From the NCBI GenBank assembly GCA_918797485.1, contig CAKKNE010000005.1, positions 2,604,001-2,668,000 on the forward strand: a stretch of 64,000 nucleotides of DNA, read 5' to 3'. The DNA comes from Pelagomonas calceolata (Eukaryota). The notes under the pieces were generated by a model. The model was not told where the DNA came from. It saw only the letters and a list, made by a program, of their open reading frames with translations, and searched no databases. The translations under genes were made by a program, and so were the position numbers. Positions within the stretch are counted from its first letter, which is position 1. The number at the start of each line of letters is the position of its first letter. This document shows, piece after piece, positions 29,990 to 39,692 of this stretch.

Positions 29990-31921
29990 TTAACCGCGCT
30001 CCGAAGTCGACAGCTCGAACGGCGCGCACTGCGTCAGGCGCCGGCCGTCGCGCCACTCGTCGGCTTTGGCAACGTGGAACGCGTTGTGGACGCGCGTCCG
30101 GTGCTCCTCGGCCAACTTGTTCGCGTGCCGTTTCAATTCCAAATGCCGCGCCAAACCCCGCACGACGACAGGCTTGACGGCGGTACTACGGCCGGTCCTC
30201 GCCATGGGCCGCGCCTCGCGAGGAACATCGTGGTTCGTCCTAGGTTGGAAGCTACACTCATTTAGCTCTTCGAGCTCCCGTCGCTGCCGCTCCTCCGCGA
30301 TGCGGGCCTCCCGCTCCCGTTTTCGTTCCGCGTCCGTCTTCTGCACGCGGGGCGGCTTATAAGTGTTGATCGCCGGCTTGAAGGTGCACTGCTTTTGAAA
30401 CTTCAGAGAGGCCTTGGCCGCGGCCTCCTTCCTTCCAGCAAACGACGCGTCCGCGAGATTCGAGGGCGCGACGTGCGCCATCCGCCGCGTGCCCTCCGAC
30501 AGCGAGGGCGCGAAGGTGAGTTGCGCGTCCCTTTGTTTACGCGCCTCCTCCTTCCTCCGTTCAGCCTCGGCCGCATCCCTATAAAGCTTCGCGGCGCGCG
30601 TTCCTTCGTTTTCCTTGTCGAGCTTTTGCGATCTCTCATTAGCCGTGAATTTAAACTGCTCGCGCCGCTGTCTCGCTCTTTGAGCCTCGAGGGCCTGCTT
30701 GCGTTGTTCGGCCGCCTTCTTCCTCATCTGTTCGCGCTCCTCGAAGGACGAGAATTTCTTGGCAATTCTTTGTGAACCTTCGGACAGCTTCGACTCGGAC
30801 AGTAACCGCTTCTGAGTTTCAATGCGCTTTTCATCGGCCTTTTTAATGTCCTCGGCGCGCTTCATCGACCGCCGCCACGCGTCGGCCGCCAGCCTCGCGG
30901 CCACGTCCGGTGGCACCGAATCGTCCTCCAAGAGTTGGGCACCGGCGTCGGCCGCCTCGGCGAGCATTTTTTGAGCGGCTTTCCGCGCCATCCTTGTCGA
31001 ACGTTGATCGTCATTGACATCAGGTTGAAACGTGCTCCGCTTCTCCGCCCTTACTCTTTTTTCAAGAGCATCCCTCCGGAGCTGCCGCGCGCGTTCGACG
31101 GCCGCGACGCGCTCATGTAGAGGTCGTCGTAAGGACGGGTCCTCGACGAGCGTATCGGTCTTCGAAGCAATGAGCTGGGGCTGGAACGTGTGCTCCTCGC
31201 TCAGCTGCTGGGCCTCTTTCCGCTTCCGCATTTGAGTTTCCCGTCTCAATTGGGCCTCCTGGTGGAGGCGTTTCGACGCTCTTCGGCCGTCGGCGGCCGT
31301 CACCCGGGCCGGTCCCAGATTCGTCCGCGGCTTGAAACTGCATTCCGCTCGGAGCTGGGCCTCTTGCAAGGCTCGTCGCCGTTCCGTCGACGCCTCCCTT
31401 CGACGCGTCGAGGCGAGCTCGGCTGCCCTTCGACGTTGCGTCGCGGGCGATGAGATCCTACGATTGGCCTCGTCTCGCAAGCGCCGCTCCTCGACCTCGC
31501 GCGCGGCCTGTTCTCGTCTTGCTCTAGAAGCCGCGGCGGCGGCTTTCCTTTGCTCGGCGGCTTTATTGGTCGGCACGCGGCGCGGTTGTGGTGCAGGGCG
31601 CGGCGGCTTCGTCGCGCGCGGCGGCGGCGGCGGCGGCGCTTCCGGCTCTTCATCTTCAGCATCCCAAGCGGCCGCGAAGGAGTCGCGCGCGTCAGACAGA
31701 CCGGCGAGCACGTTTACTAAATGTTCCGTCGACGCGAGGTTGCTTTCGATACGCTTCGGCGGCGGCGGCGGCGGCGGCGGCGGGGCCTCTTCCGGTTGTT
31801 CCCAGATGGCCGCGTCGACGCCGCCTCGTAATGCAGCGAGCTCCTTTGTGATATCCTCGAGCTCCGAGGGGAGCTCGGCCGGCAGCGGCGGCGGCGAGGC
31901 GGCGGGAGGCCTCGGCTCCAT
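29990..31921 (-). CDS. Coiled-coil protein with repeated (E)C(T/S)FxP motifs
   Basis: ECSFKP, HTFQP, STFQP, LTFAP, CTFKP and ECSFQP repeats. Confidence 0.7.
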   Translation of the reverse strand: MEPRPPAASPPPLPAELPSELEDITKELAALRGGVDAAIWEQPEEAPPPPPPPPPKRIESNLASTEHLVNVLAGLSDARDSFAAAWDAEDEEPEAPPPPPPRATKPPRPAPQPRRVPTNKAAEQRKAAAAASRARREQAAREVEERRLRDEANRRISSPATQRRRAAELASTRRREASTERRRALQEAQLRAECSFKPRTNLGPARVTAADGRRASKRLHQEAQLRRETQMRKRKEAQQLSEEHTFQPQLIASKTDTLVEDPSLRRPLHERVAAVERARQLRRDALEKRVRAEKRSTFQPDVNDDQRSTRMARKAAQKMLAEAADAGAQLLEDDSVPPDVAARLAADAWRRSMKRAEDIKKADEKRIETQKRLLSESKLSEGSQRIAKKFSSFEEREQMRKKAAEQRKQALEAQRARQRREQFKFTANERSQKLDKENEGTRAAKLYRDAAEAERRKEEARKQRDAQLTFAPSLSEGTRRMAHVAPSNLADASFAGRKEAAAKASLKFQKQCTFKPAINTYKPPRVQKTDAERKREREARIAEERQRRELEELNECSFQPRTNHDVPREARPMARTGRSTAVKPVVVRGLARHLELKRHANKLAEEHRTRVHNAFHVAKADEWRDGRRLTQCAPFELSTSERG

Positions 31922-32194
31922 GCTAACTTTGCGGACGGCGAGCTGTGCTGTATTCTAGCTTTGCGTGCGGCCAGCGGTACTGAGCTTTTGCTTTGCGTAC
32001 GGCCCAGCGCTGTTTTAACCTGATAGACGTTTGCCCAACTATTCGTATTGTGTGCGCCGAGGTGTGCCGTTTCCGCCACTCAGCCGGCTGAGCAGTCAAT
32101 GAAGGCTATTACAATCGCTCAGCTTGGTCGCACAGGCCCGCAACAGCCCAGACGCCACCAAAAACGACAGCTGCTAAACCCGTGCATTTAATTA

Positions 32195-32216
32195 GCTAGC
32201 GTCTGTAAGACACTAG
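32195..32216. promoter_or_regulatory. CTAG-bounded intergenic motif (reverse)
   Basis: GCTAGCGTCTGTAAGACACTAG. Confidence 0.7.
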
Positions 32217-32397
32217 GGTTCTCCCGGCGCCAACTCGCTTTTGTCATTGCTCAGCGTGCTGAAGCCTTGGTGAGCCGTGGGACAAGCGAGAGTGTTTGCC
32301 AGGCCCTTCCGCAGCAGCCCAGGAGCAGCGGAGGGCAAGCGCGCGCACCCACCACAAGCAAAACCCAGCTGGGCTCGCCGCGGCGCGCGCGAGCACC

Positions 32398-35300
32398 ATG
32401 GCCCTCGTAATAGCAAACAACGCGAACACAACAAACGACGACGACGACTTCGAGACCCTCCAGCGGGTCGAGGCCGCGTTATGTGAAAAACTAAGAAGAG
32501 ACGAGAACTCCGGTAGTGATTTGGGAGATCAGCTCTCGAGAAACTGGACCTGGCGCTCGTCTTCGAGTACAACCACAACGAGTTCGACGAAGGGCGCCCA
32601 CGAGTACTTCGCCGAGGACCCCGGCTCCCAATCTTTGGTTGCGCGGGGGTTTGCCCGATGGCCCGAATTCGTCACGAGAGAATCTCGAAGACTGGCGGCG
32701 GCGGGCACGAGTCAAGCGGCGGGTCTCTTACCAGAAATAGAGTGCGCCTGGGCGGCACTCGGCAAGACGCTGGTGGTCTGGGACTATAGACGAGGGGACG
32801 ACGTGTCGGTCTATGAAGGCTTGTCGGATCGCGTTACGTGCGTCTGCTTGGCGCCTCCCAAACCTAGGGTGTTCGTGGACGCGGTGAGATACGTCCTGGC
32901 CATCGCTACTGCCAGAGATGTGGCTTTAGTTGCATTAGTTTTTGAAAAGTCACAATCAGAACCGCGAGGCAGGTTACGAGTAGTCCCGACCGAGTTCTCG
33001 GCTTCGAACGAGACGACTTTCACCGCATCAGCCTCGACGCGGGACGGTAGGTTGTTCTTCGCCGGGTCAGATGGATTTGTTCATGAGCTGCAGTACGCGT
33101 CGCGCGAATCGGTCGTGTCGAAAATTCTGCGGTTAGGCGCGCCGCCTCCTTTGGAACAATTACCGGCGTCCGGCGAGAAGCGGAAGGCGCCGCCGCCCTC
33201 GGACGGGTTTGCTCGCGCGAAGTGCCTGCGACGAGACCCGTCGATCGCGCGACGAGTAGCAACAAGTGTACTACCTCCTTTCGCGAGACCAGATTGGTTG
33301 CTGCACCCTTTGCGGTTCCTGGGATTGGAGGGCTCGAAGGCCGATCCTATCACAAAAATTGCCGTTGATGATGCGAGGGGCGCTCTATATGCGCTATCGT
33401 CGAGGGGCGCCTTAGATGTCTACGATCTAGGCCGAGAAGGCCAGCAGCTCTCCCATGTTGGTAGAGCTGACGTTTCAAGAGCCGCCAAGGTCTGGGCCAC
33501 GGCGCATTCGGCACGGGACACGACGGCGCCCTCTCCCCACTTGTTCGACGACAAGCAACGGAAGAATAGGAAGATTGTGGACGTCCACGTCGTCTCGGCG
33601 CTGGAGTCGGCGACGGTGCATGCCGTGTGTGTGGACGACGCGGGCTTCCGGTTCTACTTCTCGACCCAGTCGCGTTCGAGCATGACATCGTCCTCCAGTA
33701 CAACGTCGGAGGACTCGTTGCGACCGCGGGCCTTGGTATTGGTGCATGTGCGGGCGCCGCCGCCCAATAGCCTCTGGGACGAGGCCCGTAAGAGGCTATT
33801 GGCTCCCTCTTTGGCAACTGAGGCGCCCGAGGCTCGCGCAGAACCCTCGCGAGACGCGACGGAAATCTATTCGACGACGTGCGGCGCCACGTTCTACTCG
33901 AGTGGTGTTTTAGCGTTGGCGCGGAACGCCGGCGCCGACGCCGACCGGTTGTTGTCTTCTTCGGTCGACGCTCGCCGAGGCCGAGCTGCGACCGTGACGC
34001 CTCAATCCAGACCGCCGTCGACGGGTGGCTTCTTCGGGGGTTTGAGTCCGACCCAACAGCCTCAGCAGCAGCAACCGAAGCCTCAACAGCAACAACCGCA
34101 GCCGCAGGCACCGACATTAAGAGAGAGTGTCGCGGAGCTGGCCGACGAGGCCGCGGCGACGCCGCCGCCCCCTCGATTAGTTCCGAGAGTGTGGGCTTTG
34201 GCGGAGGCCTGTCCTAGAGATGATGCGGCGGCCAAACTCAGAGCTCTGCACGCGCTCTCAAAAACACCGCAACGGCCGGACCCCGTCGACAACACTCCCT
34301 CGAAGATCGATTCATTAGTACGGCCTTTGGCAGCCAAAGAGTCGGACGCCTTCGTGGCCACAGAGAACCGAAGGCGGTACGGGGCCGCCGTCGAAAGTAG
34401 ATACCGCAAGAGTACGAAGTCCAAGAGCCCGGCCGACGTCTGGAGTGAGACGCCGGAATACCGAGGCGAGGTCTCGTCACAGAGGCCGCTGCACGGCGGT
34501 AGGCATGTGCGCGTGGATCTGCCGGATCCCGGTTTGCACGTACCGAGGCCTCGAGCCTACGCGTGCAAGGTGGCGCCGTTATCTGAACTAGCGACGCAAC
34601 ATATCGTCGGCGAAAGGAGGTTGGTGGCTCTGACGCGTTTAGGAGTGGAAGAGTTGGGGCGGTGCCGGCCGTCCGATAGGTTTCGCGCGCTGCTCGCGTC
34701 CTCACTCGCTAGTGGTGGTCGAGGCGGCGCGGCGGCCCGAGCTTTTAGGGATGCCTACGGCCCCGTCGAGACGTGCGCCATGGCTTTATCTGTCGCGGTG
34801 GGCGCCGATTGTGCGTCCGGCGCGGCGCCGGACAACGCTACTCTGAGGAGAGCTGCATTAGCCGCCTACCTCGATCTGGGCGGAAGGCCTTCATATCGAG
34901 AGGGCCAGCAGGCGCTGCCGCCGCCGGTGCCGGCGCCCGCGCCCGCGCCCGCGCCGGCCTCCTCGAGCGTTCGGTCCCCGTTCGGCGCTTCGGCGCCGGC
35001 GCCGGCGCCTTCTATCGTCCAGACGTATGTGCCGCCGCCTCGACCGCAGCTCCAGTTCCACCACTCGCCGCGGCATGACGCCCTAGTGTTGGTCGCGTCT
35101 CGACTTTTAAGACCGGCGTGGTTCAAGGCTGTTGTGTGGTTCGACGAGCGGGAGACGGGGCCTTTACAAGCGAGGGCCAAGTTCCTGCTTGATAGGAGAG
35201 ATTTGACGGCATTACGGGGGCCTCTCACTGAACTAAGGGCCGCATTACGAGATGAGCCCGCACTCGCTGTGGCTACAAGACATGATTTGTTAGCCGCCGA

Positions 35301-37587
35301 TAGGGCGAGAAGGGGCCTGCGAGGCGGCGACGAGTCGCATCTCCGGGATGCTCAGGCTCGAGACGCGGACGCTGCTAGGGTAGAAGCGTTGGCGTTACAC
35401 AGAGTCTACCGCCTCGTCGCGCGCGCGGGCGAGGCCCTGGCGTTGCTCGATGTGCTACTACGAGCGAGAGACGCCGAGGATCGCACAAATTGGGCCGCGG
35501 CCAAGGACGCGCCGCCGCCCCAGCCGCCGAAGATCCCTTCTTTGGCTCTTGTGGTGATCGGCTCAACCACCCAAAAGAAACTCGAACAAAAGCCGTGCAC
35601 GGCCGTCGACGCGCATTTGAAACCGCTGGCCGGCTTGACGTTGAGGGAGCTCGTCTGCTCGCGGAAGGCTCATGAATTAGTGAGAGGTTGTTTACGAGCT
35701 CTGGTCGCGCCGTCTTCATCAGACAAGGTCAAGCCCTACGCGTGGCCCCACGACTTGGCGCGGGAACTGGGCGCGTCGTGTGGCTTGTTCTTTCGCGGGG
35801 GTGACGCCTTGGCCCATGCGGCCTCTCTGAAGTTAGCCCGAGCCGAGAAGCTCGCGCTCTCGGCTCGCCACGCCGAGGCCGACCAGGAGACCAAAGCGGC
35901 GTCCGAGGGCTATGTTTTAGCCGCTAGGGCTTGGAGATCTCCTGCCGACGTGCTGCCCGCGGCGAACGGCCAGACTCCCGCACTAGCTGCGGCTTGTAAC
36001 GCGCTCCGAGCGAGGAACCAGGGCGCCGCCGCCGTGCGCTGCGCGTTAGCTTGTGCCGCGAACTTCACGGGAGACGCCGCCGAGGAGTCGGTGGGCGGCG
36101 ACTGGGAGAGCGCGTTGTACCGGGGCACGGCGCCCACATCTTCGGATTCGGCGGCGGCTTTGAAGGCTTGCTTGGATGCGGCCGTCGACGCCGTGGGCGG
36201 CGAATTGCGGCGGTGCGTTTCCGTGAGAGAGCACACGGAACGCGACTCGGCGGACGACGCCTTAGCCGCTTGCTGTGCCGCATCCATATCGATAAGAAAC
36301 GCGCCGGACTTCCTGGATCGCGTCCTAGAAGCAGCCAGGGAGGCGGACCCGGCGCGCTTATTGTCCTTGCCCTTGCCGGCGGTGGAGCCCTTCCTGCGGA
36401 AGCGGGACCCCGCCTTGCTGTGGCGCCACCACGCGGGCCGCGGCCGCCACGCGGCTGCGGCGGCTTTGATGGAGGACCTGGCGACGGCCTCGGGCGCCAA
36501 GCTCGACGACCGCGTCGGGTGCTTGGTGCGAGCGGCGGACGCGGCGCGGCGCGCCTGCAGCGCGCCGCAGATTGTTGATGATCAAGCTCCCCTTTGCGAC
36601 GCGGCGCGCGTGCGCGATTTAGATGAGTTGCTGGCCGTGGCGCGGTTGCAGCAGAGGTGCCTGCGGCGCGCCCGCGATTTACTACATGACGCGCGGCGGC
36701 TCCCGGTGCCGGACGAGCGCGCGCGCGACTTGGAAAGGGTCTGCCAGACGCTCGAGTCGCGGCTGGTCGGCGTGTCCGAGCTCTACAACGACGTCGCGTC
36801 GCGCTACGGCATGTGGGACGTCTGCCTCGCGACGTTGAAGGTCTGCGGCCACGACGATGAACCGTTAGCTGTCAAGCTCTGGACGAGTCTCATCAAGAGG
36901 TTGGTTCCTAACAATGCGAGAGACCCCGAGTTGCGGCGGGAGTTAACAAGCGCGCCCTTCTGGGTCGCGCCGGGCTGCACGGACGCACAGGAGCCTTTTT
37001 GGGAGGACGACTACGATGATGATCAAGGACAATGTTTTGAAGATGGCGCCTGGCGGCGGCCTTTGAGAGATGCGGTCTCGGCCCTAGGGAGGGAGTTGGG
37101 TGCTGATGAATTGGGCGCGCCGGGCGTGTCCAGGGGCGACGACGCGCCCTGGACGGGGCCGGCCTTTCCCCTGAAGGCCGTGGCGGCGCTTTTACAAAGA
37201 CTGGCGACGCGCGCGGCCGACGCTGATCCCGCGTCGGACGCCGATTCAGCAGCACCGAAGTGGCCCGCGGATTGTTTACTGGACGCCGGCGCGCCGCGCC
37301 TCGCGCTGTGTCTTGCACTAGCTGACGCGGGGACTGCGCCCCTTGAAAGATTGCATGGTCTCGCGAACGCGGCGGACGTTTTGGATGCTTGGGCCCTGAA
37401 GGCTAGGGATGATGCGCGAGCTAGAGCGGCTCTGGCGGCGGGCCTGCGCCACGGGGCCGACCCCGACGCGCTCGCGGCGGCGTTGCGGGGCTTCGACGGA
37501 CGCGGTCGCGGCGGGCCACTCGTGCAGCGCACGCTGGAGCGGCTGGCGCTGACGTCGGAGCGGGTCGAGGCGCTGTTTTCCCGCTGA
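32398..37587 (+). CDS. NUP155: Nucleoporin Nup155/Nup170
   Basis: GLLPEIECAW...LVVWDY, PPKPRVFVDAVRYVLAIAT, GRLFFAG.DG.V.ELQY, LVHVRAPP, SRLLRPAW, SELYNDVA..YGMWD.CL. Confidence 0.9.
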   Translation: MALVIANNANTTNDDDDFETLQRVEAALCEKLRRDENSGSDLGDQLSRNWTWRSSSSTTTTSSTKGAHEYFAEDPGSQSLVARGFARWPEFVTRESRRLAAAGTSQAAGLLPEIECAWAALGKTLVVWDYRRGDDVSVYEGLSDRVTCVCLAPPKPRVFVDAVRYVLAIATARDVALVALVFEKSQSEPRGRLRVVPTEFSASNETTFTASASTRDGRLFFAGSDGFVHELQYASRESVVSKILRLGAPPPLEQLPASGEKRKAPPPSDGFARAKCLRRDPSIARRVATSVLPPFARPDWLLHPLRFLGLEGSKADPITKIAVDDARGALYALSSRGALDVYDLGREGQQLSHVGRADVSRAAKVWATAHSARDTTAPSPHLFDDKQRKNRKIVDVHVVSALESATVHAVCVDDAGFRFYFSTQSRSSMTSSSSTTSEDSLRPRALVLVHVRAPPPNSLWDEARKRLLAPSLATEAPEARAEPSRDATEIYSTTCGATFYSSGVLALARNAGADADRLLSSSVDARRGRAATVTPQSRPPSTGGFFGGLSPTQQPQQQQPKPQQQQPQPQAPTLRESVAELADEAAATPPPPRLVPRVWALAEACPRDDAAAKLRALHALSKTPQRPDPVDNTPSKIDSLVRPLAAKESDAFVATENRRRYGAAVESRYRKSTKSKSPADVWSETPEYRGEVSSQRPLHGGRHVRVDLPDPGLHVPRPRAYACKVAPLSELATQHIVGERRLVALTRLGVEELGRCRPSDRFRALLASSLASGGRGGAAARAFRDAYGPVETCAMALSVAVGADCASGAAPDNATLRRAALAAYLDLGGRPSYREGQQALPPPVPAPAPAPAPASSSVRSPFGASAPAPAPSIVQTYVPPPRPQLQFHHSPRHDALVLVASRLLRPAWFKAVVWFDERETGPLQARAKFLLDRRDLTALRGPLTELRAALRDEPALAVATRHDLLAADRARRGLRGGDESHLRDAQARDADAARVEALALHRVYRLVARAGEALALLDVLLRARDAEDRTNWAAAKDAPPPQPPKIPSLALVVIGSTTQKKLEQKPCTAVDAHLKPLAGLTLRELVCSRKAHELVRGCLRALVAPSSSDKVKPYAWPHDLARELGASCGLFFRGGDALAHAASLKLARAEKLALSARHAEADQETKAASEGYVLAARAWRSPADVLPAANGQTPALAAACNALRARNQGAAAVRCALACAANFTGDAAEESVGGDWESALYRGTAPTSSDSAAALKACLDAAVDAVGGELRRCVSVREHTERDSADDALAACCAASISIRNAPDFLDRVLEAAREADPARLLSLPLPAVEPFLRKRDPALLWRHHAGRGRHAAAAALMEDLATASGAKLDDRVGCLVRAADAARRACSAPQIVDDQAPLCDAARVRDLDELLAVARLQQRCLRRARDLLHDARRLPVPDERARDLERVCQTLESRLVGVSELYNDVASRYGMWDVCLATLKVCGHDDEPLAVKLWTSLIKRLVPNNARDPELRRELTSAPFWVAPGCTDAQEPFWEDDYDDDQGQCFEDGAWRRPLRDAVSALGRELGADELGAPGVSRGDDAPWTGPAFPLKAVAALLQRLATRAADADPASDADSAAPKWPADCLLDAGAPRLALCLALADAGTAPLERLHGLANAADVLDAWALKARDDARARAALAAGLRHGADPDALAAALRGFDGRGRGGPLVQRTLERLALTSERVEALFSR

Positions 37588-37975
37588 GGAACCCTGGCTA
37601 ACGGTGCTATCAAAAATTACTAGTCCTCGCGTCTGGAGGTGAGCTCCAGCATGCTCTCGCCCATGGCGACGCCGACGCGCCAGTATCGTCGGCGCGGCTT
37701 CAATTTTTGATAAATCTGCCAGGCGGTTATTTGGCTTTTGCGAGGGCCGACGCGCTTCACTTGCGTTCTTTCGCGTCCGCGCGTGACGTCTGGTCCAGCA
37801 CGCCTCTCCGCCGGGGCGTTTTGGTAATTATACGCCCTCACGTAGGACGTTGGCCTACCAGGCCGCACAAGACAAATGCGCGCAAGTCTCTTTTGGCCCC
37901 TGCCCAGGGCTCCACGCAAATGTCGGTCTGTCAAAAGATCCGTCCGCTGAGAGCTCCGCGCGAAAAACTGCGTGC

Positions 37976-37996
37976 CTAGTATGTCGATACGCTAGC
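37976..37996. promoter_or_regulatory. CTAG-bounded intergenic motif (degenerate)
   Basis: CTAGTATGTCGATACGCTAGC. Confidence 0.5.
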
Positions 37997-39304
37997 TCAC
38001 CAGGTCTTGCGCTCGCCAAAAATACACCAGCGATTGACGCCGCCATCTACCATCCAATTAATACATCATATCAACTCCAGCCCAGTTTTCATACAAGTTC
38101 GACGGAACCGGAGCCGACGGCCCGCGCTCGGAGGGCGGGAGAAGAATTCTACTAGACAACTCCCGAGTTTATGTTCGTTTTCATCCGTTTGTTGATGGTA
38201 GAGGCCATCTAACCCGCATCAGCGCCCACTGAGCTACTTTAGATATTCCGTTAGAGCCGCGCGAAACGACGACTTCGGTACCGCGCGTTTATGTATAGAC
38301 GGGTAAATAAGTAGGACCCGCGAGTATCAGCGACGCCACCATCCAGACGGACCATAACGCCGTTGTTCTATTCACAATCGACCGACTTGCCCGTTCTCCG
38401 CGGACGACGGCGCGTACGCGGGGCACTGAATTGGCCCCAGACCGGTGTTTTATAAAATAAATTTGCGTTTCAGGCGCTTCGGTTACGGGACGGGCCAACT
38501 AACCGGCCTGACTGCCCACTACATTGCTCTGAGACCCCAAGATGCTCGGCGCGGGTCGTCGGTCTTCGCGGGCCCACGATCTTGCTTAGATGGGCTTTAA
38601 ACCCGGACCTGCGACCATCAGCCCGTGTACCATCACCATGGACCATGACGCGATCATTTGTTCCATGATCGACCGCCTTGCGCGAGGTCCAGATCAAGAT
38701 GTTCACGTCCCGAGTGTGGGCAGCCCAAAGTACCCTTCTTGCAGTGTAGATGTCATATACTTGTAATTGACTATCGGTGGGGTAGTATGGGACCCGACGA
38801 GATCGCTATTACGATTCCTGGGGGGCCTCGGGTAATTATCGTTTTTGACGGGAACGGGGCGCCATCGGGCCCAAATTACACGCTTTTTTCGGGGATAGAT
38901 CGGCTCCAGGTGGCCTCTCGGGGTAGGTCTGGTAGTGGGTAAGCGCCTGCACCGCATACGCCGGCGCTTGTGGCCTCCCAGGGCTCTGGAAGCCATTGCC
39001 AAGTAATTCATGCTCAAATAGCTTGGACTGTTGAGAGAATTGGCCGATAATACCTCGAAGCGGCGGCGCATGCGGTGTAGGCGACTAACCATGTATAGCA
39101 CCGACCCTAAGGGACCCCAGGGAGACCTCAGGACCACGGATTGACAGGATTCCACTGGCGCGGCCGCCATAGACCGTAGGGCGCCCTCGGCCGCGAATTA
39201 AAAAAATGCCTGTTTCGGCCCCCAGTACGTGTCCCATTGATCTCTTTGGACCATTAGCGAACGGAAGGATACTCAAACGGCTGCATGCGCGCTCCGAGTT
39301 ATGG

Positions 39305-39329
39305 CTAGTGCCTTACAGTGGCCGCTAGC
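39305..39329. promoter_or_regulatory. CTAG-bounded intergenic motif
   Basis: CTAGTGCCTTACAGTGGCCGCTAGC. Confidence 0.65.
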
Positions 39330-39692
39330 TAACTTGCCGTGCATCGATGTGCGGCGGTGATTACGCAGCGTAATTGTTGTTAGCGGTTGGCCACTGCAAA
39401 GGGTCTGCAACGAAGCGCTCGAGGCAAGACGCTGGTACAAATTGCAAGCAACCGCACTCTCGGCAGCACACTTGCAGCTAATCACAGCAAAAAAGGCAAC
39501 CCGCCAGCGCCGGCAAAAGCAATCAAAACGCTGTAATTTGCCGCCACCTTTTCCATTCATGATTCGAGCGGGCCTTCCTTAACACATTCAGCGGAGAGAA
39601 ACCGTCCATATGCTGGGCGCCGGGGGACGCGCCGCCATCGCGGCTCCGGAATCAGCGCGACAACAACGCAGGCACACGATGTTTTAATAGAA

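Noticed and set aside
31758..31780. (GGC)n microsatellites
   Set aside because: They simply encode poly-proline tracts in ORFs
39575..39583. TTCCTTAAC resembling a U12 branch point
   Set aside because: No matching RTATCCTT donor seen upstream; likely chance
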